From Acidobacteriota bacterium (GTDB lineage: Bacteria; Acidobacteriota; UBA6911; RPQK01; JAJDTT01): 64,000 bases of DNA. The notes below the pieces were generated by a model. It was given only the letters and a program-made list of their open reading frames with translations, ran no database searches and was not told the DNA's origin. The stretch is taken from NCBI GenBank assembly GCA_965231825.1, contig OZ246889.1, forward strand, positions 4,697,859 to 4,761,858. Direction: 5' to 3'. Position 1 is the stretch's first letter. Every line of letters begins with the position of its first letter. This document shows, piece after piece, positions 1-9,178 of this stretch. The position numbers and the translations under genes are program-made.

Positions 1-989
1 CACAACAGCTCGAAGATCCCTCCCAGCTCCGGACGGCCGGCCATCTCCTCGAGCCTGCCCACCAGGTGGCGAAATTCAGCGGGGTTGCGGCAGGAGAAGG
101 AGACCGAAAGCAGGTCCCCTTCGAAATAGGGAGGTACCTGCAAGCGGATCTGGGGAGGGACCTTGAGTTCGCCCTTCATCCTGCGGTATTGATCCTGATG
201 ACGGGAGAGGTGGGGTCGGCGCAAGCGATGGAGACATTCCAGGATTCGGCGAAATCGCAAGGGTCGGACCGTTCGGGCGTCTTCGTCCACTTCCCTGGCG
301 CCAGACGCGTTCCAGACGCGATCCAGCGCCCCGGACCCGCGTGGCCGCTCGCCGGACCTGAGGTCGTCCAACAGGTCGAACAGTTCCCGCTGCCGGTTCC
401 GGCCGGGTTCGTACCGTTCCAGGAGGTCGAGAAACAGCTGTCGCTCCGCAGCCGTCCAAGCCGCGAGCCTGAGCGCCGTCTCCGGGTCCAAGCGGCGATG
501 AACGGCACGCTGCAAGGCCTCGTCGAGGCGCCCAAGGCGGAGGAAGAAGCGGAGACGGTAGCGGCTGGCCGGCCTGCCCAGGAGCGGCAGATAGCGCTCG
601 ATGAGTGCCTCTTCCGGGACCTCGAATTGCTCCCGGAGCTTGACCAGAGCCCGGGCCCGTTCCAGATCGTGAAGCGGACCGGCCGCTTTCTCCGCCAGCG
701 CCCACTCGAAGAGCTGCAGGTCCGACGCCCGGTTCCAGACCAACGCCGGCGCCGCACCCAACCCGGCCGCCCGAGCCGCCCGGTAGCGGCGGAACCCCAT
801 GGCGATTCTCAGATTGCCCGCCGCCGCCGGCTGCAGGTGCAAGGGTGTCACCACTCCCACGCTCCGGATGGAGGCCGCCAATCGGTTCATCGGGAACCAG
901 TCGGGAGTGATGGCCAGGGTCTCATCCGAGCCGTCGATACGGGCCAGATCCACAACTTCCAGGGCGGAAGGAGGCTTCGGGTGAACCAT
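1..989 (-). CDS. ParB-like nuclease domain protein (ParB N-terminal/sulfiredoxin-like fold). The start codon is at 989-987 and the C-terminus runs off the window start.
   Basis: Manual reverse-strand translation from ATG at 989 gives MVHPKPPSALEVVDLARIDGSDETLAITPDW...NLRIAMGFRRYRAARAAGL... The GFRRYRAA box resembles the ParB GERRxRAA motif. The frame is open to position 1. The listed ORFs 66..1013(+), 76..705(-) and 176..757(-) are R/P/G-rich and look like off-frame shadows of this gene. Confidence 0.5.
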   Translation of the reverse strand, partial: MVHPKPPSALEVVDLARIDGSDETLAITPDWFPMNRLAASIRSVGVVTPLHLQPAAAGNLRIAMGFRRYRAARAAGLGAAPALVWNRASDLQLFEWALAEKAAGPLHDLERARALVKLREQFEVPEEALIERYLPLLGRPASRYRLRFFLRLGRLDEALQRAVHRRLDPETALRLAAWTAAERQLFLDLLERYEPGRNRQRELFDLLDDLRSGERPRGSGALDRVWNASGAREVDEDARTVRPLRFRRILECLHRLRRPHLSRHQDQYRRMKGELKVPPQIRLQVPPYFEGDLLSVSFSCRNPAEFRHLVGRLEEMAGRPELGGIFELL

Positions 990-1136
990 GGCGGGAATCA
1001 ACCTCGGAAGTGACCGGCCGGCCGGCGTTTGTTCACGGGAACGGCACCCGGACGGACCAAAAGGAAATTGAACCTGGGACGCGCCTTGTGGTAGTGTCGC
1101 TCCCACTTGCTTCGAACCTAAACCTTATTACACTGC

Positions 1137-2156
1137 ATGAGGAGGGTACAGCAATTGATGACATTCAAAGTACGCCGAAAGGGTCTGCGGGTCGGATTGG
1201 CCTTGGTCATGATGGCCTTGGTACTGAGCCCCCTGGTGGGACAACAGAAGGTCCCCTACAGCATCCAGGACTATCAGGTCTACAAGGCGGCCATCGACGA
1301 ACCGAATCTGGGTAAGCGGGAAGACGCCATCATCGGCTTCATGAAGGCCAAGTCCTCGTCGAAGCTGAGCGAGTACGCCCTGGGCAACTACGTGAAGTTG
1401 CTGCAGGAGTACCAGACCAAGGGCAACCATCGGAAAGTGGTATCGGCCGGGGAAAAGCTTCTGGCCCTGAAACCGAGCGAACCCAACGCACTGAGGATGG
1501 TGACCTACGCCGCATTCCAGAGCCGCCAACTTCAGAAGGCGGCCCAATACGGCGAAAAAGTTTACGCCAAGATGCCGTCCGCCGGACTCGCCTACATTCT
1601 GGCCCTTTCCTACGGGACCAAGAATCAGGCCAAGTACATCTCCTACGGCGAGAAGGCGGTGGCCGGACTCAAACCCGCGGAGACCTTCCAGATCGTGGCG
1701 GAGTTGACCAATATCTACGTCGCCAAGAAACAGTGGAAGAGAGCGTCCGAGTATGGCCGGAAGACCATCGCGGCCTTCTCCGCGATCAAGAAACCGCAGA
1801 GCACCTCCCAGGCAGAATGGGACAAATACGTCAAGATGCAGACGGCCGTTGCCCACGGCGCCGTGGGTCGCAACGCCGCCGAGTCCAGGAATTGGGGAGG
1901 CGCCATCTCCAGCTACAGCCGGGCCCTGCGCGCCACCTCCTCGTCGGGACTCCGGGGAGAGGCCTACTTCTATATCGGGATGGGGCGATGGCAGCAGAAT
2001 CGGATCGATGACGCCATGAAGGCTTTCGCCCGCGGTTCCGTCCAACGGAGGGCGCCTCATTCCAAGCATTGCCGCAAGCACCTGGAACAGCTCTACAAGT
2101 CCACCCATAACGACTCCCTCGCCGGAATCGAAGAGTTCGTCGAGCGGGTCAACTGA
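1137..2156 (+). CDS. hypothetical secreted protein (N-terminal signal-peptide-like hydrophobic segment; K-rich, possibly TPR-like)
   Basis: 339-aa ORF with normal amino-acid composition. The hydrophobic stretch LRVGLALVMMALVLSPLVG lies near the N-terminus. The start could be M at 1158. No family recognised. Confidence 0.55.
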   Translation: MRRVQQLMTFKVRRKGLRVGLALVMMALVLSPLVGQQKVPYSIQDYQVYKAAIDEPNLGKREDAIIGFMKAKSSSKLSEYALGNYVKLLQEYQTKGNHRKVVSAGEKLLALKPSEPNALRMVTYAAFQSRQLQKAAQYGEKVYAKMPSAGLAYILALSYGTKNQAKYISYGEKAVAGLKPAETFQIVAELTNIYVAKKQWKRASEYGRKTIAAFSAIKKPQSTSQAEWDKYVKMQTAVAHGAVGRNAAESRNWGGAISSYSRALRATSSSGLRGEAYFYIGMGRWQQNRIDDAMKAFARGSVQRRAPHSKHCRKHLEQLYKSTHNDSLAGIEEFVERVN

Positions 2157-2304
2157 ACCTTCCAGTCTGCCGCCGGCAGATTCACCTCAAGGGCCGGGAG
2201 GGCAAGCCCCTTTCCCGGCCCTTTTTTCACATCCCAGATCCTCGCGTAGTCAGGGGCCATAACCCGCCTGCTCCCACCCGCGACGCCGTATTCATCCGGG
2301 TTCC

Positions 2305-4476
2305 ATGGACGAATACCTCCAGAGCCTGAACGACCGGCAGAAGCTGGCGGTCACGACCACCGAGGGTCCCATGCTCGTGGTGGCCGGCGCCGGAAGCGGA
2401 AAGACACGGGTGATCACCTGCAAGATCGCTCACCTGATCCACCAGGGAAGATGCCGCCCCTGGGAGATCCTGGGGGTCACCTTCACCAACAAGGCGGCCG
2501 AGGAAATGCGTCTTCGGGTGGAGGGCCTGCTGGGGGGACTGGAACCGGTCCCGCGTCTGTCGACCTTTCATTCCTTCTGCGTCCGGGTTCTGCGCCGGCA
2601 TGCCGAACGCCTGGGCTACGGCCGGGACTTCGCCATCTGCGACACGGACGATCAGAACGCCATTCTCAAGAAGATTTGCGGGGACGCGCGAATCAGTTCT
2701 CCGGTGCGCAGGATCCGAAGCCTCATCAGCAAGAGGAAAAACCAGAGCCGGAGGCGAGTCTACGATTTCCACTCCGACTCAGACCCCTACGACCAGGAGG
2801 GTGTGGAACCGGTGATGGCCCGCTATCAGGCGCACCTCGAGAAGTCCAACGCCATGGACTTCGACGACCTGCTTCTGCTCACGGACAAACTGTTTCGGGA
2901 ACAGCCCGAAATCCGGGAGGCCTGGTCGGACCGATACCGATATCTCCTCATCGACGAATACCAGGACACCAACGCCAGTCAGTACGGCCTGGTCCGGCAT
3001 CTGGCATCGACCCACGGGAACGTGACTGCCGTGGGTGACGAGGATCAGTCCATCTACGCCTTTCGAGGAGCGGATGTCGGCAATATTCTCAGCTTTGAAG
3101 AGGACTTCCCCGGCGCCGTCGTGGTCAAGCTGGAGCAGAACTACCGGTCCCGCCAGAGCATCCTGGACGCCGCCATGGCGGTCGTCTCTCACAACTTGGA
3201 GAGAAAGCCCAAACGGCTCTGGACCCAGAATTCGCAGGGGGAGCCGGTCGAGGTCCATTCGGCGGAGAGTTCATACGCGGAATCCCTGTTCGTGTGCCGG
3301 CGGATCGAACGCTTCCTCCAACACGGCGAGACGGGGGTCGCCGTCCTGTATCGCATCAATTTTCAGTCCCGTCAGTTCGAGGACACTTTGAACCGCTTCG
3401 GGCTCCCTTTCCGTCTGGTAGGAGGTGTGAGTTTCTACAAGCGCAAAGAGGTACGGGATGCCCTCGCCTACCTGAGGGTCGCCCGCAATCCCAGGGACAA
3501 CCTGGCGTTGGAGCGAATTATCAACACTCCGCCAAGAGGCATCGGACCAAAGAGCCTGGCCCGACTCCGCCTGGAGGCGGCGCGAAGCGGCGACTCGCTC
3601 TGGGACGCCGTTCGCCGGGACGCCGATCAGGAGGATACTCCCCGGAGGTTGCGAAACGTCCTGATACGGTTCGTCGTCCTGGTCGGCAAGTGCCGGCAAT
3701 GGATCGACGTGGAGCAGCCCCTTCACGACGTCTTGGAGCAGATCCTCCATTCCAGCGGTTATGTCCGGGCCCTGGAAAAAGAAGAATCGGAGGAGGCCAG
3801 CAACCGGTTGTTGAACCTGCAGGAGCTCCTGGGAGTGGCTCGCGACCATTCGGATTCCGGCCGGAGCCTGCAAGAATTCCTGGACGAGACGGCGCTCCGA
3901 TCGGAAGCGGACGACTACGACGAGGCGGCCCCGGTCACGCTGATGACGCTCCACAACGCCAAGGGACTCGAGTTTCCCATCGTCTTCCTGGTGGGAATGG
4001 AGGAAAAACTGCTGCCCCACACCCGGTCGCTGGCGGAGGGCAACGTGGAAGAAGAACGGCGACTGTGCTACGTGGGCATGACCCGGGCCCAGAAACGCCT
4101 GATCCTGACCCTGGCCCGTACCCGGAGGATGTGGGGGGGAGATGTAGAGGAGCGCCGCCAGGCGAGCAGCTTCCTGTCCGAGATCCCCCGGCGCCTGGTG
4201 CGATACTCCGGACCGGAGTGGTCTCAGGTCCAGCTTTGGGGAACCGGCCACTCCCCAGGCCGATCCGGGGTCCCGAGTTCCAGGTCCGGACGGACGGCGG
4301 GCGCCTCCAAGGGCCGGAGTTTCGCCCCGGGGGTCAGAGTGGAGCACCCCGAATACGGGCTCGGCATCGTCTTGCAGGTCCAGAAGGTCCGGGACGATCT
4401 CAAATTGACCGTCTCGTTCTCCGGGCGGGGGAAAAAAATGTTCTACCAGAGATACGCCAGGGTCAAGCTCCTCTGA
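2305..4476 (+). CDS. uvrD: ATP-dependent DNA helicase, UvrD/PcrA/Rep family
   Basis: Walker A GAGSGKTRV, the motif LLIDEYQDTN and the VTLMTLHNAKGLEFPIVFL helicase motifs. 723 aa with a C-terminal tail typical of PcrA/UvrD. Confidence 0.9.
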   Translation: MDEYLQSLNDRQKLAVTTTEGPMLVVAGAGSGKTRVITCKIAHLIHQGRCRPWEILGVTFTNKAAEEMRLRVEGLLGGLEPVPRLSTFHSFCVRVLRRHAERLGYGRDFAICDTDDQNAILKKICGDARISSPVRRIRSLISKRKNQSRRRVYDFHSDSDPYDQEGVEPVMARYQAHLEKSNAMDFDDLLLLTDKLFREQPEIREAWSDRYRYLLIDEYQDTNASQYGLVRHLASTHGNVTAVGDEDQSIYAFRGADVGNILSFEEDFPGAVVVKLEQNYRSRQSILDAAMAVVSHNLERKPKRLWTQNSQGEPVEVHSAESSYAESLFVCRRIERFLQHGETGVAVLYRINFQSRQFEDTLNRFGLPFRLVGGVSFYKRKEVRDALAYLRVARNPRDNLALERIINTPPRGIGPKSLARLRLEAARSGDSLWDAVRRDADQEDTPRRLRNVLIRFVVLVGKCRQWIDVEQPLHDVLEQILHSSGYVRALEKEESEEASNRLLNLQELLGVARDHSDSGRSLQEFLDETALRSEADDYDEAAPVTLMTLHNAKGLEFPIVFLVGMEEKLLPHTRSLAEGNVEEERRLCYVGMTRAQKRLILTLARTRRMWGGDVEERRQASSFLSEIPRRLVRYSGPEWSQVQLWGTGHSPGRSGVPSSRSGRTAGASKGRSFAPGVRVEHPEYGLGIVLQVQKVRDDLKLTVSFSGRGKKMFYQRYARVKLL

Positions 4477-4614
4477 CCGGACCGGTCCGCGAGTCCGGCG
4501 CCGGGGCCGGACCATCGCCGGTAGAATGTGAACCCTGGCCGGAGACACGGCGTATAACTTTACGAAAGCACAGACAGACGATCACGATTCGAAATCGAGC
4601 GGAGGATAGAAAGC

Positions 4615-6246
4615 ATGACCTTGCGAAACAACCTGTTCCGGCGCCGGTCCGGTGTCGGCTTTCTTGCCGTCCTGGCTGCTTTGGCCTTGGGCATTGCCAT
4701 TGGAACCGTGCTCGTTCTGGACGGTGTCTCCAGCACGGAGAAAGAGCCGAACTCCCGACTGAGCACACCTGAGGGACGGGGAACACCGCTTGCCTCGGCA
4801 AACGGCGGCACCTTGACGGAAGGCTTCACCCGGGTGGCCGAGTCCGTGGAGGCGGCGGTGGTCAACATCAATACCATCTCCATCGTCAACACGGAACGGC
4901 GCCAGAGGGAGATGCGGGAGTTCTTCGGAGACAACTTCTGGAACCGTATGCCCAGGGGACCGGCCCGGCGGACCAGTCTGGGCTCGGGGGTGATCGTCGA
5001 CAGCCAGGGATACATCCTCTCCAACCATCATGTGATCGCTCCGGTCGAGGAGAACGTGGGCCGGCGGGTGGCCGACAAGATCTCTGTGACCCTCCATTCG
5101 GGGGAGACCCACCCGGCTCAGGTCGTAGGCGTCGATCACGAGTCGGACTTGGCCGTGATCAAGATCGAGGCTCCTGAGCCTCTGCCCTTCGTCCCGGTGG
5201 GCGATGCCACCGACCTCCGGATCGGCGAGTGGGTTCTGGCCATCGGCAATCCCTTCGGCGTGGGCAAGACCATCACCGCGGGGATCGTCTCGGCGACGGC
5301 GCGAGTCATCGGCGGTCCGGTCATGGCTGCGGCGTTCGGGGACTTCATACAGACCGACGCCGCCATCAATCCGGGAAACAGCGGCGGCCCGTTGGTGAAC
5401 ATGTCGGGTGAAGTGGTGGGCATCAATACTCTTATCGTCTCCGGTTCCCGGGGATCGCAGGGGGTCGGGTTCGCCATCCCTTCCACAGTCTTCGTCAACT
5501 CCTACAACCAGCTTGTGAGCAAGGGAAAGATCGAACGGGGTTGGATGGGAATCTCCATGAACGACCGGCCCTTGAACCCGGAGATGGCCGAGTATTTCGG
5601 AGTGGCAGGAGAAGATCCGGAAGGGATCAAGGACGGTGACGGCGTGCTGATCACACAATTGGTGGACGAGAGAGGCGAGCCGAACAAGACCGGGCCCGCA
5701 TATGACGCAGGAATCCGGGAAGAGGACGTCATCGTGAAGCTGGGAAACCAGGAGGTGGAAACCAACTTCGACCTGCGGGTGACCGTGGCCAACACGCCTC
5801 CCGGGGACAAGCTTCCCGTGGTCGTGGTCCGCCGGGGAGAAGTGAAGAACTTCACGGTGATGCTGGCCGAACGCACCATGGAGGCCCAGGAGCGGTCGGA
5901 GGCCGGAGGACTTTCCTTCGAAGAAGAGGAGGACCGGGAGAAACGGCGCAAAGAGATCGGACTGCGGTGGCGTACCTTGAATCCCCGAGATTCCGACCAG
6001 CTGGGCCTGGACGAGGAGGGTGGTGTATTCATCACCGAAATCTGGCCGGGCAGTCTCGGCGACGAGGCGGGGCTGAGACGTTTCGATATCATCACGCACG
6101 TGAACGGAGATCCGGTGCAGACCGACCGCGAGTTCAAGGAGACCATCGACGGAATCGAGTCCGACCAGGCCATCATCCTCCGTGTCGTGAGCATCAATCA
6201 GAACCGAAGACCCTCCGTGCGTTACGTCTCGTTCCGGAAACCATGA
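4615..6246 (+). CDS. htrA: periplasmic serine endoprotease DegP/HtrA (trypsin-like domain plus PDZ domains)
   Basis: N-terminal signal anchor. Catalytic-triad context (HH, D, GNSGGPLVN) and C-terminal PDZ-like segments. 543 aa. Confidence 0.9.
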   Translation: MTLRNNLFRRRSGVGFLAVLAALALGIAIGTVLVLDGVSSTEKEPNSRLSTPEGRGTPLASANGGTLTEGFTRVAESVEAAVVNINTISIVNTERRQREMREFFGDNFWNRMPRGPARRTSLGSGVIVDSQGYILSNHHVIAPVEENVGRRVADKISVTLHSGETHPAQVVGVDHESDLAVIKIEAPEPLPFVPVGDATDLRIGEWVLAIGNPFGVGKTITAGIVSATARVIGGPVMAAAFGDFIQTDAAINPGNSGGPLVNMSGEVVGINTLIVSGSRGSQGVGFAIPSTVFVNSYNQLVSKGKIERGWMGISMNDRPLNPEMAEYFGVAGEDPEGIKDGDGVLITQLVDERGEPNKTGPAYDAGIREEDVIVKLGNQEVETNFDLRVTVANTPPGDKLPVVVVRRGEVKNFTVMLAERTMEAQERSEAGGLSFEEEEDREKRRKEIGLRWRTLNPRDSDQLGLDEEGGVFITEIWPGSLGDEAGLRRFDIITHVNGDPVQTDREFKETIDGIESDQAIILRVVSINQNRRPSVRYVSFRKP

Positions 6247-6299
6247 GGACCATCTCTCCAAACCCCCAATGCCGGCGGCGCAGGTGAGGGCTCGGCCTA

Positions 6300-7103
6300 T
6301 TGATCGCGACTGACGCGGAGGCTCTACAAGATTGGTTCTGTGTGCTGAGCCCGCCACTGGACGGCGAGTCCAACATGCGGATCGACCGGCGGCTTCAACT
6401 CTTCGCAGAGCGAAGCCGCCGTCCCGTGACGCTGGTTCGTTTTTACGGTTGGGCGGAGCCGACCGTCTCACTGGGGTGTCATCAAAGTCCTGACCTGGCT
6501 TTCGCCAAGGACTACTGCCAGGCCCACGGCATCCCGTGGGTCCGTCGTCCCACCGGCGGTCGAGCCGTGTTCCACCACGATGAACTCACCTACATGGTGA
6601 CGTCCAACGACGGCAGCCATTTTCCGCTGCAGAGCGTCCGGAGGATCCATCGCGAGATTTCGTCGGCTTTGCAGGCCGGGTTGTCCCGGTTGGGAATCCG
6701 TCCCGTATCGGCGCCAGGAAACAGGCTCCGGGACCGGGCTCTGACACGAGCCCAAAAACCCTGTTTCGTCGCTCCTTCACGGCACGAACTCGTCCAAGGC
6801 ACGAGAAAAATGGTGGGGAGCGCTCAGAAGAAGACGAAGCGCAGCTTCCTGCAGCATGGTTCGATTCCGTTGGTGATTCACTACGATCTCATGGCCGCCG
6901 CTCTGGGAGTCGACCCGGAGTTTCTGAGATCGAAGACCGTCAGTGTATCGGAAGCCGCCGGCCGGCCGGTCTCCTTCCGCGAGTTGTCCCACGCCCTGAT
7001 TCAGGGCTTTCAGCAAGGATTCGGCATCCGCTTCCGGAAGACGATTGACGACTCCCGCGAGTGGTCTCTGGCCATTGCCTCCGGTCAAGCCGTTATGCTA
7101 TAA
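6300..7103 (+). CDS. lipoate-protein ligase/octanoyltransferase family protein (BPL/LPL catalytic domain; LplA/LipM-like)
   Basis: RRPTGGRAVFHHDELTYMV matches the lipoyl/octanoyl transferase R-R-x-x-G-G-x-A-V-x-H-D motif. The start may be the internal M at 6372. Confidence 0.65.
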   Translation: MIATDAEALQDWFCVLSPPLDGESNMRIDRRLQLFAERSRRPVTLVRFYGWAEPTVSLGCHQSPDLAFAKDYCQAHGIPWVRRPTGGRAVFHHDELTYMVTSNDGSHFPLQSVRRIHREISSALQAGLSRLGIRPVSAPGNRLRDRALTRAQKPCFVAPSRHELVQGTRKMVGSAQKKTKRSFLQHGSIPLVIHYDLMAAALGVDPEFLRSKTVSVSEAAGRPVSFRELSHALIQGFQQGFGIRFRKTIDDSREWSLAIASGQAVML

Positions 7104-7138
7104 GAACTCGGCAATTCGCAGCGATTATCTGGTCCGTG

Positions 7139-8203
7139 ATGACGAAGAGTAAGGCCTCGGCGGAACTCACTCAACGCACTTACCAAGTGCTCCACCTGCT
7201 GGTTCTCGAGTACATTCGAACCGGCATGCCCGTCGGCTCCAAGCGGTTGGCGTCACTCCATCAGGAGGGAATCAGTCCCGCGACCATCCGAGCCATCATG
7301 GCCCGGCTGGAACAGGCAGGCTTCCTGAATCAGCCCCACACATCCGCGGGAAGAGTCCCCACCGCCAAGGGCTTTCAGTTTTATATCGATGGATTGGAGA
7401 GGACTCCCGACCTGCCCAACCGGCAAGTGGCCCGGATCCGGCAGATGCTGGAGCAGGAGACGGATCCTGGCGACCTCATGGCCCAGACCTCTCAGATCCT
7501 TTCCCGGCTTTCCAACAATCTGGGGTTCGTCCTGGCGCCGCCTCAATCAGTGTCGGTTCTGAAACGGATCGAGTTCGTGAAGATCTCATCCCGCCGAATC
7601 CTGGCCATACTCGTGACTCGCGCGGGGTTGGTTCAGAGCCGTCTGATTGCGACCAGCCGCCGCCTGAGCCAGGACGATCTGGACCGGGCCGGCCGCTGTC
7701 TCCAGGACCAATTTGAGGGGAGGACCCTTTCCCATATCCGTCGAGAGCTCCGGAGGCTTCAATCCCGGACCGCGCAAGACAGCCGTCCTCGTACCGACGC
7801 CATCCGCCTGGGATCGGCCAGTCTGGTTGGACCGGGGCGAAATCCGGGAAGTGATTCCGAAGTCTATTTCGGCGGAACCTCGAGGCTGCTTCAACAACCG
7901 GAGTTGAACGATCAGGATCGGGCAGCCGGCCTGTTCAGGACCATGGAGAAGAAGAGCCGATTGGCCGAGGTGCTCACCAGGCGCCTCGATGCCGACCAAC
8001 CTGCCCCGCGGGTGACCCTGGACCTGGATCGGCACATCCCGGAGATGCGGGGTTGGGCCATGATTTCCTCACCCTATCTCTACCGTGAACGAGTGGCGGG
8101 CAGCTTGGGGATTCTCGGCCCCAGGCGGATGAAATACGACAAGGGGATCAGTTTGGTTGGATACGTGGCCCGGCTCTTCGGTCAGATCTTGAGCGCGACT
8201 TGA
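7139..8203 (+). CDS. hrcA: heat-inducible transcription repressor HrcA
   Basis: N-terminal winged-helix LTQRTYQVLHLLVLEYIRTGMPVGSKRLA. ~354 aa from the ATG at 7139. Followed by grpE. Confidence 0.85.
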   Translation: MTKSKASAELTQRTYQVLHLLVLEYIRTGMPVGSKRLASLHQEGISPATIRAIMARLEQAGFLNQPHTSAGRVPTAKGFQFYIDGLERTPDLPNRQVARIRQMLEQETDPGDLMAQTSQILSRLSNNLGFVLAPPQSVSVLKRIEFVKISSRRILAILVTRAGLVQSRLIATSRRLSQDDLDRAGRCLQDQFEGRTLSHIRRELRRLQSRTAQDSRPRTDAIRLGSASLVGPGRNPGSDSEVYFGGTSRLLQQPELNDQDRAAGLFRTMEKKSRLAEVLTRRLDADQPAPRVTLDLDRHIPEMRGWAMISSPYLYRERVAGSLGILGPRRMKYDKGISLVGYVARLFGQILSAT

Positions 8204-8336
8204 TCCGCCTGTGAACCGTCCACCTGCGCCCTGAGCGTCAGGGCCGGCTCCGGACCGCCACCAGCTCCCACTTCGAACGTGCAAGCTGATCACGCCAAGC
8301 CGTTGCGATTGGCGCAATTTCCACGACCACGAAGAG

Positions 8337-8942
8337 TTGACGACAATGGAACGACCGGAAGACATCCAGAATCAGACTGAAGACTCTCGGGACGAAGAAG
8401 ACCGGGAAATGCCGCAAGGGGACTCCGCCCCGGCCGAGACCGCCGAGTCGGTCTACGAAGAGGCGCTCGAGGACCTCGCCAAGCAACGCGACAAGTACTA
8501 CGATCTGCTGCTCCGGAAACAGGCCGAGTTCGACAACTTCCGAAAGCGGACGGAGAAGAACCGGTTCGAAGCCCGCCTGCAGGGACAGGCCGATCTGGTG
8601 TTGGACCTGCTCCCAGTACTGGATGCCTGCACCAAGGGATTGGAGGCCATGTCGGCGGCCGATCCGGATCCCGCCCTCACGCCGTATCTGGAGGGCTACC
8701 GCCTGCTCGCCGAACAGATGAAGGCGGTGTTGGAGAAGTTCCAGGTGACGACCGCTCCCGGAGTGGGCAGCCAGTTCGACCCCAGGGTTCACGAGGCGGT
8801 GCTTCGAGAGTTCACCCGGGAACATGACGAGGGTACCGTCATCGAGGAGTATCGGCCCGGTTATCTCATTCGCGACAAGCTCCTGCGGGCGGCCCAGGTC
8901 AAGGTGGCCATGCCGCCGCCGGAGGAGTCTCCGGACCAATAG
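8337..8942 (+). CDS. grpE: nucleotide exchange factor GrpE
   Basis: DKYYDLLLRKQAEFDNFRKRTEK is a GrpE signature. 201 aa. Lies immediately downstream of hrcA. Confidence 0.85.
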   Translation: MTTMERPEDIQNQTEDSRDEEDREMPQGDSAPAETAESVYEEALEDLAKQRDKYYDLLLRKQAEFDNFRKRTEKNRFEARLQGQADLVLDLLPVLDACTKGLEAMSAADPDPALTPYLEGYRLLAEQMKAVLEKFQVTTAPGVGSQFDPRVHEAVLREFTREHDEGTVIEEYRPGYLIRDKLLRAAQVKVAMPPPEESPDQ

Positions 8943-9178
8943 CGTTCCCGGCGGCACACTTCGACTTCAAAGGCAAATCCAGCGAAAAGTTCAAGTGACA
9001 GACTGTCTACGAAACTTGATCGCGACGCATGACCCTCTCTTTCGCACCGTCGAAATCCCGACTGTACAAGACGAGCCGACAAATGCTCCGCCGATCCAAA
9101 CTCGGGTTTGTCCTTCTGGGTTGGTCTCGACGGCAAACGAGTTCCTGACGATTCACAGACTGCGCCAAAGGGGGCAAC

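Noticed and set aside
66-1013. Listed 315-aa plus-strand ORF (and minus ORFs 76..705, 176..757)
   Set aside because: Extreme Arg/Pro/Gly composition with no recognisable motifs. They are alternative frames of the ParB-like gene found on the minus strand (1-989).
3271-4772. Long overlapping ORFs 3294..4772(+) and 3271..4548(-) inside and after uvrD
   Set aside because: R/G/P-rich shadow frames of the uvrD coding sequence, typical of high-GC DNA. The UvrD frame carries all helicase motifs.
4582-6471. 629-aa minus-strand ORF across htrA
   Set aside because: Antisense to htrA, which has a clear trypsin/PDZ architecture. Its composition is non-protein-like.
6990-8340. CIRCE operator (TTAGCACTC-N9-GAGTGCTAA) for HrcA upstream of hrcA, grpE or dnaJ
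   Set aside because: No CIRCE-like inverted repeat was found by eye in 6990-7140, 8204-8336 or 21756-21948. It may lie outside these regions or be divergent.
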